A stretch of 64,000 bases of DNA from an uncultured Oligoflexales bacterium. GTDB lineage: Bacteria > Bdellovibrionota_B > Oligoflexia > Oligoflexales > CAZZCU01. How positions within the stretch are numbered: position 1 is the first letter of the stretch; every line of letters starts with the position of its first letter. The stretch lies in the NCBI GenBank assembly GCA_964652825.1, contig CAZZCU010000004.1:47818-111817 (forward strand), read 5' to 3'. The translations under genes were made by a program, and so were the position numbers. The notes under the pieces are model-generated. The model was given only the letters and a program-made list of their open reading frames with translations. It was not told the DNA's origin and did not search any database. Of this stretch, positions 1-9,376 are shown piece by piece.

Positions 1-609
1 GGTGATCACCCACAGCGGTGTGTCGATCAGCAGCGCCGCCAGCTCGCGCAGTTCATGCTCGCTATAAACAAAACCAGCCGGATTATTCGGCGAGTTTAGC
101 ACCAAGGCTTTGGTTCGCGGCGTGATCGCCGCGCGCACCGCCGCCACATCGATACGTTTGCCTGCCAGCAAATCCGCCGGCGGAATGACAACGGCCTTAC
201 CACCCATAGCCTCCACCTGGCTGGTGTAGCTAACCCAGTAGGGCGCTGGGATAATCACCTCGTCACCCTCGTTGATCAAGGCCATGAAAATATGAAACAG
301 GATTTCTTTGGCGCCGATACCAGCCACGATTTGTTCCGGATCATAAGTCAGCTGATTGTCGCGCTTTAATTTCTCGACAATCGCCTGGCGCAGCGGTAGC
401 CCGCCGCCCGGCGCGCCGTATTTGGTTTTGCCTGCTTGCAGACTCGCAATTGCTTTGTCGATGATTGGTCGTGGTGTCGCGAAATCTGGTTCACCAACCG
501 CCATGTTCGTGACTTTGATGCCCTTCGCAATCATGGCTTTGGCTTCATTGTTCAAAGCAATGGTCGGCGATGGTTTAAGACTACTGATGCGGTTTGATGC
601 TTCTAACAC
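1..609 (-). CDS. Class I PLP aminotransferase (aspartate aminotransferase-like); N-terminal 203 codons only, gene continues past the left edge
   Basis: Absent from the ORF track because it runs off the edge. My minus-strand translation from GTG at 609 (GGAG 7 nt upstream) reads VLEASNRISSLKPSPTIALNNEAKAMIAKGIKVTNMAVGEPDF...GDEVIIPAPYWVSY...LVLNSPNNPAGFVY. This is the typical AspC/AspB N-terminal half, including the N-x-P-x-N-P-x-G motif. The frame stays open to position 1. Confidence 0.8.
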   Translation of the reverse strand, partial: MLEASNRISSLKPSPTIALNNEAKAMIAKGIKVTNMAVGEPDFATPRPIIDKAIASLQAGKTKYGAPGGGLPLRQAIVEKLKRDNQLTYDPEQIVAGIGAKEILFHIFMALINEGDEVIIPAPYWVSYTSQVEAMGGKAVVIPPADLLAGKRIDVAAVRAAITPRTKALVLNSPNNPAGFVYSEHELRELAALLIDTPLWVIT

Positions 610-752
610 AACCACTCCAAAGAGCGTGTCACTAAAATTTGCTAGGCATCATATTGGTTTTGGCTGGTTTTGCAATGCAGGGTTCGGATTTTAACGGAAA
701 AAATGCACATGCGCGGATGATCGAACGACGATTTACCGGAAAGGCAGGGCGA

Positions 753-965
753 GGGCACCGGGGCAAGTTGCTGAGAGCTCGGGGAACCCACCAAATTAGG
801 TGGGCGCCATCGACCCGCATTTTAGGCTTCCCTCTACAGCCGAAGCGGAGGGCTTGCACACCATGCAGGAAATGCGGCTCCCTAGTACGTTAGCATCGGT
901 TCTCCGGCGGTATTCAACACTTGCCCCGGTGACCCCATTTGGAAGTATAACACGGCGGTGTTTTT
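753..965 (+). ncRNA. Candidate structured RNA, family unassigned (free-standing sRNA or cis-acting leader of rsmI)
   Basis: Nested helices read directly from the sequence: 756-768/919-931 (13 bp), 780-788/898-906 (9 bp, with a G783-U903 pair valid only on the + strand), hairpin 789-802, 815-822/870-877 (8 bp) enclosing hairpin 830-852, and a small hairpin 855-867. A weak hairpin plus T-run follows at 949-965. It lies in the 390-bp divergent gap between the aminotransferase and rsmI. Confidence 0.3.
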
Positions 966-1000
966 GGATCACGCGGAATCGGGGAGAAAAGAGGCTTTTG

Positions 1001-1852
1001 ATGCTCAAACAATGGCAGGCGCCATGCATTTATGTCGTTGCAACACCAATCGGCAATTTGGATGATTTATCAACAAGAGCCAGGAAGTTATTGATCGATG
1101 CGGATCTTATCCTCTGTGAGGATACACGTCGTACGCGACAGTTGTTGTCGCATCTCGGAATTAATAAGAAAAGCCTGGTTAGTTATCAAGGTTATGCGGA
1201 AGCCGCGAAAGCCGAGCCGATGGTGCGACGGATCGTCGAGGAATGCTTGACAGCGGTATTGGTCTCTGATGCGGGAACACCATGCATTTCCGATCCAGGT
1301 TATCGTCTGGTGGATGCGGCGCGCACTTTGAATATTCCGGTTCACCCGGTGCCGGGTGCTTCCGCTTTAACGGCATTATTGAGCGTGAGCGGTCTGCCGA
1401 CGGATCGTTTTACGTTTGTTGGTTTTTTGCCGGCGAAGTTAAATGCACTGAAAACGGAGATCGCCGCCTGGAACGGGTCGATCGTATTTTTTGAATCGCT
1501 GCGTCGCTTGGGCAAAACGTTGCAACTTATCGCCGACCGCTTTCCTGGCGCGCGCGTGGTTATCGGTCGGGAGTTGACCAAGCTGCATGAAGAAATTGTT
1601 CGCATGGATATCGCTGAAGCGCTGGTTTGGGTGGATCATCATCCAGTATTGAAAGGCGAAGTTGTCGTGATGGTGAATGTCGGCGAGACGCCTATGGATG
1701 GTGACAAAAATAGTACGGAAGATTTGCGCGCCGAGATTGTCAAAGCCGTGCGCGGTGGTGCGACGATTAAAGATCTCATGCAGCAATTTCGGCACCGCGG
1801 TTTATCGCGCTCCGAGTTGTATCAGACCATGCTGGATAGCAAACGCAAATAA
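1001..1852 (+). CDS. rsmI: 16S rRNA (cytidine1402-2'-O)-methyltransferase RsmI
   Basis: IYVVATPIGNLDDLSTRA...LILCEDTRRT...VSDAGTPCISDPGYRLV...GASALTALLSVSGLPTDRFTFVGFLP...RELTKLHEE matches the RsmI/tetrapyrrole-methylase fold along its length. I chose ATG 1001 (GGGGAGAAAAGAGG upstream) rather than the track's 800; the upstream 67 codons look non-coding. Confidence 0.9.
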   Translation: MLKQWQAPCIYVVATPIGNLDDLSTRARKLLIDADLILCEDTRRTRQLLSHLGINKKSLVSYQGYAEAAKAEPMVRRIVEECLTAVLVSDAGTPCISDPGYRLVDAARTLNIPVHPVPGASALTALLSVSGLPTDRFTFVGFLPAKLNALKTEIAAWNGSIVFFESLRRLGKTLQLIADRFPGARVVIGRELTKLHEEIVRMDIAEALVWVDHHPVLKGEVVVMVNVGETPMDGDKNSTEDLRAEIVKAVRGGATIKDLMQQFRHRGLSRSELYQTMLDSKRK

Positions 1853-1854
1853 AA

Positions 1855-1897
1855 ATCCCTCCTTCGCTCGGACACGGCGGCGGGAGGGATTGTTTTG
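1855..1897. terminator. Hairpin between convergent rsmI and hsp20 (possible bidirectional terminator)
   Basis: ATCCCTCC (1855-1862) pairs with GGAGGGAT (1883-1890), followed by TTGTTTTG. It sits in the 55-bp gap between two convergent stop codons. Confidence 0.5.
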
Positions 1898-1907
1898 CGG
1901 ACTCGGC

Positions 1908-2471
1908 TTACTTGCCCGTCGCTTCGGCGATGGCTTCTTTGCTATGGTCTTTGTCCGCGGCGAAAATCTTTTTCAACAAACCAGCTCGTTCGTTGATCGG
2001 AATTTTGCGCGGCTTGGATAACTCAGCTTTGGGAATCGCTACGTGCAAGACGCCGTTTTCGTAGGTGCATTCAATCGCGTCAGCTTTGACGTTTTCCGGT
2101 AGCGAGAATTCGCGCCGAAATTCGCCGTACTGGCGTTCGATGCGGCGATAGTTGTCCCGCTTCACTTCGTCAGCGTAATTGCGGACGCCGGAAACAGTCA
2201 GACTATTACTTTTCACCTCGATATCGATGTCCTCCTTTTTTAAACCTGGCAGATCAAAGCTCAAAAGGTAACCATCATCATTTTCCGAAATGTCGACCGT
2301 GGGTGACAGCCTGTGGCTGCGACTGGTCGGTCGCTGCATCAACGCCCAGCCCGGCCCCGAAGTGTCGAAGGCGTCGTCGAAATCCCGTAAGAGATCCGAC
2401 CACGGTCCCCAGAACAAATCGTCACCTAGCGAGGGTTGTCGCCGTATTAAAGCCTGGTTCGTTCGTGCCAT
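1908..2471 (-). CDS. Small heat-shock protein, Hsp20/alpha-crystallin family
   Basis: The alpha-crystallin domain is visible: PTVDISENDDGYLLSFDLPGLKKEDIDIEVKSNSLTVSGVR...ERQYGEFRREFSLPENVKADAIECTYENGVLHVAIPK. GGAGG precedes the ATG. Confidence 0.9.
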   Translation of the reverse strand: MARTNQALIRRQPSLGDDLFWGPWSDLLRDFDDAFDTSGPGWALMQRPTSRSHRLSPTVDISENDDGYLLSFDLPGLKKEDIDIEVKSNSLTVSGVRNYADEVKRDNYRRIERQYGEFRREFSLPENVKADAIECTYENGVLHVAIPKAELSKPRKIPINERAGLLKKIFAADKDHSKEAIAEATGK

Positions 2472-2728
2472 AAAATCCTCCTTTCAAGAAAGCGACGTAT
2501 GACGCGTCATTGGTCATTTCGTCGTAAAAAACCTAATGCGGCTTCATCCGCCGTCAAGGGGTGGACGCTGTTTTGACTTGCCATTTTTTGTAATGATTTT
2601 AATGTATTATTAATAACTATAAAAATTTATTGATTTTTATTAAAAAATGTGTAAATTATGCGCAATAGTAATATATATTAATAACGAGCATGAAACATAC
2701 AATCGGCGATAAAGTGGAGCAAATACCT

Positions 2729-3961
2729 ATGCGTACGTCCAAGCAAATTTATCTTGGTCTTTTGGCAGTGATAGCAGGATTGGTCACGCAACCAGCGACC
2801 GGGATGGAAGACACCAAAGTCTTACCCAAGGGCGTTCGCAACGTTATTCTGCGCTCGGTCAGCACCGAGATTTCCTCAAGCACGGATGCCGGCGGTAATC
2901 AACGTCCGCTTGGTGCGCAGTTGGAACAAGGCGTGACTTTCAGTCAATTGACGGCCACCCGCTCTGGTTTGGATCGCGCGCAATCCGAAGCCTTCCTCCA
3001 GCAAAACGGTTTCGCCGCTGATGAAAATATCGGTCAATTTACTGCTGATCTGCGCGGTAAAGTTCAGGTCATCGCCCCGGTGTTTTCTTATGGGGTGACT
3101 GAGCGCTGGACTTTGGCGTTGGCGGTGCCGGTTTATAGCGCGCATACCGCTGTTGATGTCGGCTTTCGCACTAATGCACGCGGCCAGGAATTCATCAATC
3201 TGCTCGCCAGCCCGCAACACAATAACACGCAAAAAGCCCGCGAAGCCGCCACGCAAATGAATCTTGCCATGGCTCGCATGCAGGCCAAGCTTGCTGCCAA
3301 CAATTATCAGCCGCTCGAAGACTGGAGCGCGACGGCTCTCGGCGATATTACTTTGCTGAGTAAGTATCGTGCTCTCTCAACACCTGTGGCAAGTGTCGCT
3401 GTGTCCAACGGTATAATTCTGCCGACTGGTCGCGTTGATGATCCAAATATTTTACATGATATTGGTTTTGGTAACGGCGCTTATGGTCTGTTGACCGGCG
3501 TGAGTGTGGACGAGCCTCTGGTCGGTCCGTTTTTCCTCAATCAATATGCGCAATACACGGCTTATTTACCGGCAACACGTTCTCTGCGCATGAAGACGGC
3601 GGACGAAGCTCTCGAAGTTTCGACTGAAGCCGTACGTGTTGACGCCGGCGATAAATTCGATCTCGGTGCTTCTTTGCAGGCGGATGCCGACAACGGTCTG
3701 CAAGGCGGCGTTGGTTATATCTGGTCCAAGAAACTCGGTGATAAAATTCGCGCTGGTGACAGCCGTGCCGCTCTCGAAGCCAACACCGTACAAACCTCGC
3801 AAAATGCCGAGGCGGCACTGGGCTACAGCACGATCGCCGCGTATCAACGTGGAACGGCGGCCGTGCCTTTCACCGCGCTGGGTACGTTTCGCAAGCAAGT
3901 ACGTAGCACGAATTCACCGGTTAGTGATCAGCTTCAGTTTGATGTTAAAGTTTATTTCTAA
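2729..3961 (+). CDS. Outer-membrane beta-barrel protein (MetA/phenol-degradation-like transporter family is a guess)
   Basis: Signal peptide MRTSKQIYLGLLAVIAGLVTQPATG. The sequence shows an alternating amphipathic pattern and ends ...QLQFDVKVYF, the C-terminal aromatic typical of OMPs. ATG 2729 has GGAG 9 nt upstream; the track's alternative start is 2690. Confidence 0.6.
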   Translation: MRTSKQIYLGLLAVIAGLVTQPATGMEDTKVLPKGVRNVILRSVSTEISSSTDAGGNQRPLGAQLEQGVTFSQLTATRSGLDRAQSEAFLQQNGFAADENIGQFTADLRGKVQVIAPVFSYGVTERWTLALAVPVYSAHTAVDVGFRTNARGQEFINLLASPQHNNTQKAREAATQMNLAMARMQAKLAANNYQPLEDWSATALGDITLLSKYRALSTPVASVAVSNGIILPTGRVDDPNILHDIGFGNGAYGLLTGVSVDEPLVGPFFLNQYAQYTAYLPATRSLRMKTADEALEVSTEAVRVDAGDKFDLGASLQADADNGLQGGVGYIWSKKLGDKIRAGDSRAALEANTVQTSQNAEAALGYSTIAAYQRGTAAVPFTALGTFRKQVRSTNSPVSDQLQFDVKVYF

Positions 3962-4019
3962 AATAACAATTTTTGCTTAATACATAGCGCATCAGGCACC
4001 AAGCCAGCGGGAGAGAGAC

Positions 4020-5951
4020 ATGACGACCTATAAAAAACAAATTGAAAAAACCGTACTACTTTTGGCGCCTCTGGGGTTTTTGCTCGGAGTGGGTGTGGCT
4101 GTCTTGATGCTGGTTAGTTGCGGGATTCAGGCCAAAGCCAAAAAGCAGGCGGTTGAACAATTTGAGGTCCCAGAATTCTCGCCGCATGGTACGGGGTTTT
4201 ATTTGAACAGTGCTGATCAGCAAAAAACCTTCAATGGTTCGTTGTTGGTCTGGAATCAGCAGGCTACCACTGAGCAGGTTGCCGGTGTTATGAATGTAAC
4301 CGCCGCCTCCACGGGAGCGCAGGTCGGTATGCTTAAGTACATATATGAAGACGTCGCGCCATTGGCGCAAGAACTCGAAATCGCACTGGCCAAACGCGTG
4401 GCGGCGGAAAATGCTATGCATCAAGACGCCGCTGGTCCGAGTATTCAAGCCGCTGATGCGATGTTTGAACAGATGTTGGTCGAGGCGAATGCCCAGCGCG
4501 TACTTAGTGACGAAGACGTCGCCCATGCGCGCGTTGTCTTTGGTTATTACTGCGAAGCCAAATTGTGGGAGCGTGCTGTACATAATCAATTGATCGATGT
4601 TCGTTATACGCGCCGACCGTTGCCGGCGGCGATGTGTGAGTCGGTTTATCGTCAGCTTGCTTTAATTCCGGAGACCGAAGCTGCTTGTGCCCCCAAAGCG
4701 GAAGGCGCCAATTACTTTGAGTGTTTGTGGCAACATGGCGTGCTCAAGTCGCGATTGCTGACCATTGTCTATGACAGTGACGCGACTATTTTGGCCAAGG
4801 TACAAAAATTGTCACCAGCTTTGTTACGCAACAAGAAAAATTTTGGTGTAGTTGATAATTCGCAATCGCGTAATTTTCTGAAACTAAATCAAGTTTCTAT
4901 AAAAGATGAGCAAGGTGTTGTTGTCGATGCGATCCCGGCGGTGACAACCCGCCAGACCCGCGATGCTATTATCGGCTCTCGTTCGGTCTTCGATTTTATC
5001 AACGACGTTGAAGCCGGTCGCTTGACCTTTTTACCGGTATCGACGGAAGCCGATGACGCTGATCCGATACAACAGCGGCAGAGTGAATTCCGTATTCGCT
5101 TGGCCAAATTCAATAAGCTGGCGGAACGCCTGTGGGCGAACGAAGTTCTGGTAAATGCACCGTTCGCGCGTGAGCTGAAAGATGGTTATCGTCAGCTCAA
5201 CCCCGCATTATCGGCGGAGCTGAAAACGCTGTTGCCCGACGTCGTCAATGTTGCTGCTGATCCGAAGTTGGTCGCCGCTTATACCCAAACAAAAGCTGAG
5301 CTTCAGCAGGTTATCGACGCTGGCAAACCACGCCTGACAACGCTTACCGCCGTGGAGCAATGTGAGGATGATAAATCGGAGTTGTTGGTGTGCAAACGCC
5401 AGCGTGCGGCTTTGGCGCAGATGGCATATGTCAGAAATCCCGAGATCGCGCGAGCGCTCTTGAACGTCGAAGTTACCTTGCCACGTGCGGATGTTGATAT
5501 CGTGCATTTACGCCTGCGTTTAAGCGAAGATCCGAGCAAGACGCCAATCGAGGCTTGTTTTAACGTTGCGATTAATCAGCAGGTCCAGTGCGCCAGCGGT
5601 ATGGATCTGATCGATGAATTCAGCATTGATTCACTTACCGGTCGCATCAGTTTAGTTGCTAAAATTTCTGATGCTGACAAATTTGGTTTGGGTAAGCGCG
5701 AGCAAACGACTGATCCGTTCTTTAATTTGATCGATGCCGACTTGAATTCATCGTTTCTCAAAATCGAGCTGGCGCCGAATAATTTATTTGGTTTGGTTGA
5801 TATTCTCAGCGGCAACGCGACGTTGGCGCATGATCGCGATTTTCAGGATATTGTCGCCGCCGGTTCGCTCAACCTGACCGACGCGCGGCCGCCGGTGCAG
5901 ATGGCATACGAGCATTATCTCACCCGCATCACGCAGTGGGATGGCAAGTAA
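4020..5951 (+). CDS. Large lipoprotein of unknown function (643 aa)
   Basis: N-terminal TM/signal segment with lipobox LMLVSC. Long uninterrupted ORF with an RBS (GGGAGAGAGAC before the ATG). No domain recognised. Confidence 0.6.
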   Translation: MTTYKKQIEKTVLLLAPLGFLLGVGVAVLMLVSCGIQAKAKKQAVEQFEVPEFSPHGTGFYLNSADQQKTFNGSLLVWNQQATTEQVAGVMNVTAASTGAQVGMLKYIYEDVAPLAQELEIALAKRVAAENAMHQDAAGPSIQAADAMFEQMLVEANAQRVLSDEDVAHARVVFGYYCEAKLWERAVHNQLIDVRYTRRPLPAAMCESVYRQLALIPETEAACAPKAEGANYFECLWQHGVLKSRLLTIVYDSDATILAKVQKLSPALLRNKKNFGVVDNSQSRNFLKLNQVSIKDEQGVVVDAIPAVTTRQTRDAIIGSRSVFDFINDVEAGRLTFLPVSTEADDADPIQQRQSEFRIRLAKFNKLAERLWANEVLVNAPFARELKDGYRQLNPALSAELKTLLPDVVNVAADPKLVAAYTQTKAELQQVIDAGKPRLTTLTAVEQCEDDKSELLVCKRQRAALAQMAYVRNPEIARALLNVEVTLPRADVDIVHLRLRLSEDPSKTPIEACFNVAINQQVQCASGMDLIDEFSIDSLTGRISLVAKISDADKFGLGKREQTTDPFFNLIDADLNSSFLKIELAPNNLFGLVDILSGNATLAHDRDFQDIVAAGSLNLTDARPPVQMAYEHYLTRITQWDGK

Positions 5952-5973
5952 ACCGAATTGTCTCCGCTACTTT

Positions 5974-7446
5974 TTAGCCAGCTTTGCGTTGCGTCTTGGT
6001 TGTCGTGCTACCGACACCTTGACGCAGCTTGTTGAGCGCATTAAATGCCGCGACGCGATAGGCTTCGGCCAGCGTCGGATAATTGAAAATCATGCGATCG
6101 ACCAGATCGAGCAATTTACCGCCTTGCAACATCAGCGCCTGCCCGATGTGCACCAGATTGCAGGCGTCGGCGCCAACTATATGTAAACCGAGAATTTCCT
6201 GCGTATCGCGGTGGGCGATAATTTTAAGCATGCCGTGATTGTCGCCGCGAATGTGGCCGCGAGCAACTTCCTCAAAGCTGGCATGACCGACGACGTACGG
6301 AATGTTTTCGTTTTGCACGTCTTCCTCGGTTTTCCCGACCGACGATAATTCCGGAATTGTATAAATGCCGATCGGAAAAATATTCGGAAAAGCACGTTCG
6401 CAAACGTCAAACGCATGACAGCAGGCGAAGCGCCCTTGTTCCATAGAGGTTGCCGCGAGTGCCGGTGGACCGATAATATCTCCGGTCGCGTAAATATTGC
6501 TGATCGAGGTCTGGAAGAATTCATTCACGTGCACGGCGCCGCGCGCGGCAATGCGAATCCCATTTTTCTCCAGTCCGAGGTGTTCCGTGTTGGACAATCG
6601 CCCGGCGGAAAAAAAGAAGACATCTGACTCCAGAGTGAGGCCGGGGAATTGCGCCACGACTTTGGGGCCCTCGGCCCGGACGTTTTCGAGTTTCTGTCCC
6701 ATGCGGAATTTAATGCCCATGTCTTCCATGGAACGCTGCAAAGCGCCGGCGACCTCACGGTCAATCGATTGCAGCACATTTTGTCGTTCGTCAACGATCG
6801 TGGTGTCGACGCCAAGCGCGCCGAAGATACAGGCATACTCGCAACCGATCACGCCGGCGCCGTAGATCACCAAAGTTTTGGGAACTTCATCGAGATACAG
6901 GATTTCGTCGGAATCAATGATGCGCCAACCATCAAACGGGATATTCTCCGGGCGTCGCGGTCGCGAGCCGGTCGCCAACATGATCTTCTCGGCGTGATAA
7001 ATCTGACTCACGCCCTGGCTGTCGACGACGCGCACGCTGTGGTGATCTTCGAGGACGCCGGTGCCGTGAATAATCGTGATGTTGTTTGTGTGCAAGTGAC
7101 GACGTACCAGGTCTTCTTCTGACTGGGCGACGCGTGTCGCACGCGCACGAATTTTGCTGAATGACAGATCGGCGACCAGGCGTTCCACCCATGGCTTGCC
7201 GGCATGAAATTGAATGCTTTGCACGGTGGCGAGAACTTCGCGCAAGGTTTTTGACGGTAGCGTGCCGGTGTGAATCCAGGCCCCGCCCAGTTTGTCGGGA
7301 TTCTTCTCGATGATGGCGGCGCGTTTGCCAAGTTTGGCGGCTTGCACGGCGGCATGAACACCGGCAGGACCGCTCCCGAGGACCAGCATGTCGTAAGCCG
7401 TAGTGGCTGGTGTCGACGGCTGTACTGGTTGTTTGGCCTTGGCCAT
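5974..7446 (-). CDS. sthA: Soluble pyridine nucleotide transhydrogenase (SthA/UdhA-type flavoprotein)
   Basis: The FAD motif LVLGSGPAG is present. LGGAWIHTGTLPSK lacks the redox-active CxxxxC of Lpd, as SthA does. The C-terminus IGIYTIPELSSVGKTE...FNYPTLAEAYRVAAFNALNKL closely resembles E. coli SthA as I recall it. Confidence 0.85.
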   Translation of the reverse strand: MAKAKQPVQPSTPATTAYDMLVLGSGPAGVHAAVQAAKLGKRAAIIEKNPDKLGGAWIHTGTLPSKTLREVLATVQSIQFHAGKPWVERLVADLSFSKIRARATRVAQSEEDLVRRHLHTNNITIIHGTGVLEDHHSVRVVDSQGVSQIYHAEKIMLATGSRPRRPENIPFDGWRIIDSDEILYLDEVPKTLVIYGAGVIGCEYACIFGALGVDTTIVDERQNVLQSIDREVAGALQRSMEDMGIKFRMGQKLENVRAEGPKVVAQFPGLTLESDVFFFSAGRLSNTEHLGLEKNGIRIAARGAVHVNEFFQTSISNIYATGDIIGPPALAATSMEQGRFACCHAFDVCERAFPNIFPIGIYTIPELSSVGKTEEDVQNENIPYVVGHASFEEVARGHIRGDNHGMLKIIAHRDTQEILGLHIVGADACNLVHIGQALMLQGGKLLDLVDRMIFNYPTLAEAYRVAAFNALNKLRQGVGSTTTKTQRKAG

Positions 7447-7547
7447 TGGTATTCTCTTTATCTCTTTAGATAGCAGTATGGTACGCTTACGGTATATCGG
7501 TTGGAGGCGGGAATTCTTGATGCTGCCGTCGTCACGGAGGTGATGCC

Positions 7548-8105
7548 ATGAATTGGTCTTTGTTCCTGATAACGTTGCTACCTTTAGTGATTTTTGTGGT
7601 TGTTGATATCAAAGCCGGTATGCGCGCTGCCGTTATCGCCGCGCTTGGTGCCGCGATTCTATTCTTGATCTGGAGTTATTTCACTTTCGGCCGGATCGAT
7701 GAGATCGGTCTCATTGAAGTTGCACTCCTGGGCATACTGGGAGCCATCAGCATCAAGTTGAACAATTCGCGTTTTTTTAAATTTCAGCCGGTCATTATCG
7801 GCATCATCATCGGTTTGTTTCTTTTGTATACGCAGCTTTTTTCTGAGCCGTTCCTGCAACGGATGGTGCCGATGCTGAAGCAATTGCAGCCGGAAATGGC
7901 GCACATCTATGATGATCCGCGGATGTTGGCATTGTTGAGTCGTACGTCTTTGTATTTAATCCCGGTGTTTCTCCTGCACGCTCTTCTCGTGGCTTATGCG
8001 GCGGTGCGAAAAAGCAACTGGTTCTGGATCGGAACACGGGTGGCCATTTATCCGCTGATTATTATCACCATGGTCATTGCCGCTGTGATGCAGCAAGGTG
8101 CCTAA
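7548..8105 (+). CDS. Polytopic inner-membrane protein, YciB/IspZ (septation protein A)-like
   Basis: 185 aa with about five hydrophobic helices. Size and layout resemble YciB, but the family assignment is by eye only. Confidence 0.5.
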   Translation: MNWSLFLITLLPLVIFVVVDIKAGMRAAVIAALGAAILFLIWSYFTFGRIDEIGLIEVALLGILGAISIKLNNSRFFKFQPVIIGIIIGLFLLYTQLFSEPFLQRMVPMLKQLQPEMAHIYDDPRMLALLSRTSLYLIPVFLLHALLVAYAAVRKSNWFWIGTRVAIYPLIIITMVIAAVMQQGA

Positions 8106-8230
8106 GCGCCGCTAGCCAACATATCTCACCATAACCAAATAGTATTTCCGTCGCTGACCTGAGTTTGGTAAACTCTTAAAATCATCCGTATTTACAAGTT
8201 TTCCGGCTAGAGCCGTTGACTGGATAGACC

Positions 8231-9376
8231 GTGTACCGCGAGATTGAGGAGAAGACTTTGTCGCATACCTCTGAATCCATAGCAGCAATGACGGCGCCAC
8301 GCTTATCGTCTCATTTTAAAACCCCGCAAAATTTAATCAATCGCCACACCGGCTGGCAACTTGGTCTGCCGCTCGCCGCTACTGAGATCGCCGCGGAGGC
8401 AGTGCCAACCATACTGGCAGTTGGCGGTGGCAAGGGTGGTGTTGGTAAGAGCGTGTTGAGCGCCAATCTTTCGGCGCGGTTGGCGATGGCTGGTTTTCGT
8501 GTTTTGGCCATGGATATGGATTTGGGTTGCGCTAATTTACATACGCATTTTGGTGTTGGCATGCCGGACCGAACACTGGCGGATTTTGTTGTTTCTCGGC
8601 GCCGCGCTTTTAAAGACGTGCTGCTGCCAACGCCGATTCCAGGGTTGGCGCTGGTCGCTGGCGGGCGCGAAGAAGTCTGGGGTGATGTCCTGAGCGGCAA
8701 AACGCAAAGTTTGAGTCCGTTGTACGAAGCAATTTTTACCGCGCGTCAGGAACTCGGTGTTGATTTTGTTATTTTGGATCTTGGGGCAGGCACGCATAAG
8801 CATACGATTGATTTTTTTGCTACCGCGCACATGGGTATTGTGACCGTGTTGCCCGAGCCAACCTCGATCGAAAACGCTTACGTGTTCGCAAAATCTTTGT
8901 TGTGGTCCGTCGTCGAAGCAGTGGCGGAACGTATTGATGAGCGCGAAGCATTGCCGTTCGTCAAGGAGGCGCTCGCCAAAGTTGGACCTGGCTCACTGCA
9001 AAGTGGTTATGCCGAATGCTTACATCGCCTTAGTTCGACCTATCCGCGCTTGGTCAATGCGATCATGACGGCGATGAGTGGTCGTGCCCTTGGCCTAGTG
9101 CTTAACCAGACACGTTCACAAAATGATATCGATATCGGCCATGCGATGGAGCATATCTGCCAAAGGTATTTCGGCTTTGATGCATCTTATTTAGGGTATT
9201 TAACCTATGATGAAGCTGTATGGCGGTCATTGCGCAACCGACGACCGCTGGTCAAAGATTTTCCGCACAGTGTATTGTCGAAACGGATAGGTAATGTCGC
9301 GGCCAAAGCGCTGCTTAAAATCGGTTATCAAGGAGAACGAGGCGATGGATATGTCTCATATCGAACCACAAGATAA
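8231..9376 (+). CDS. MinD/ParA/FlhG-family P-loop ATPase
   Basis: Deviant Walker A VGGGKGGVGKSVLSANLS, followed by VLAMDMDLGCANL and ILDLGAG, all typical of MinD/FlhG-type ATPases. The track start is GTG 8231; ATG 8288 is an alternative. Confidence 0.8.
   Translation: MYREIEEKTLSHTSESIAAMTAPRLSSHFKTPQNLINRHTGWQLGLPLAATEIAAEAVPTILAVGGGKGGVGKSVLSANLSARLAMAGFRVLAMDMDLGCANLHTHFGVGMPDRTLADFVVSRRRAFKDVLLPTPIPGLALVAGGREEVWGDVLSGKTQSLSPLYEAIFTARQELGVDFVILDLGAGTHKHTIDFFATAHMGIVTVLPEPTSIENAYVFAKSLLWSVVEAVAERIDEREALPFVKEALAKVGPGSLQSGYAECLHRLSSTYPRLVNAIMTAMSGRALGLVLNQTRSQNDIDIGHAMEHICQRYFGFDASYLGYLTYDEAVWRSLRNRRPLVKDFPHSVLSKRIGNVAAKALLKIGYQGERGDGYVSYRTTR

Noticed and set aside
356-893. Track ORFs 356-694(+), 632-859(-) and 639-893(+) around the left intergenic region
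   Set aside because: 356-694 is antisense to the well-supported aminotransferase. The other two cover the structured-RNA region, have no RBS and translate to Arg/Pro/Cys-rich sequence unlike real proteins.
753-936. Assignment of the structured RNA to TPP (CUGAGA present at 771-776), glycine (CACCGGGGCAA) or cobalamin riboswitches, RNase P, tmRNA, SRP or 6S RNA
   Set aside because: Only isolated short matches were found. The hallmark blocks I remember are absent: GGAAAGUCCGG for RNase P, AGGUCCGGAAGGAAGCAGC for SRP, the tRNA-like ends of tmRNA, the second half of the THI box, and the B12 box. The branched interior differs from the single long 6S helix. It is left unassigned.
800-1000. N-terminal extension of rsmI to the track start at 800
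   Set aside because: RsmI homology begins at IYVVATPIGN, right after ATG 1001, which has a strong RBS. The upstream 67 codons overlap the helical RNA-like region and look non-coding.
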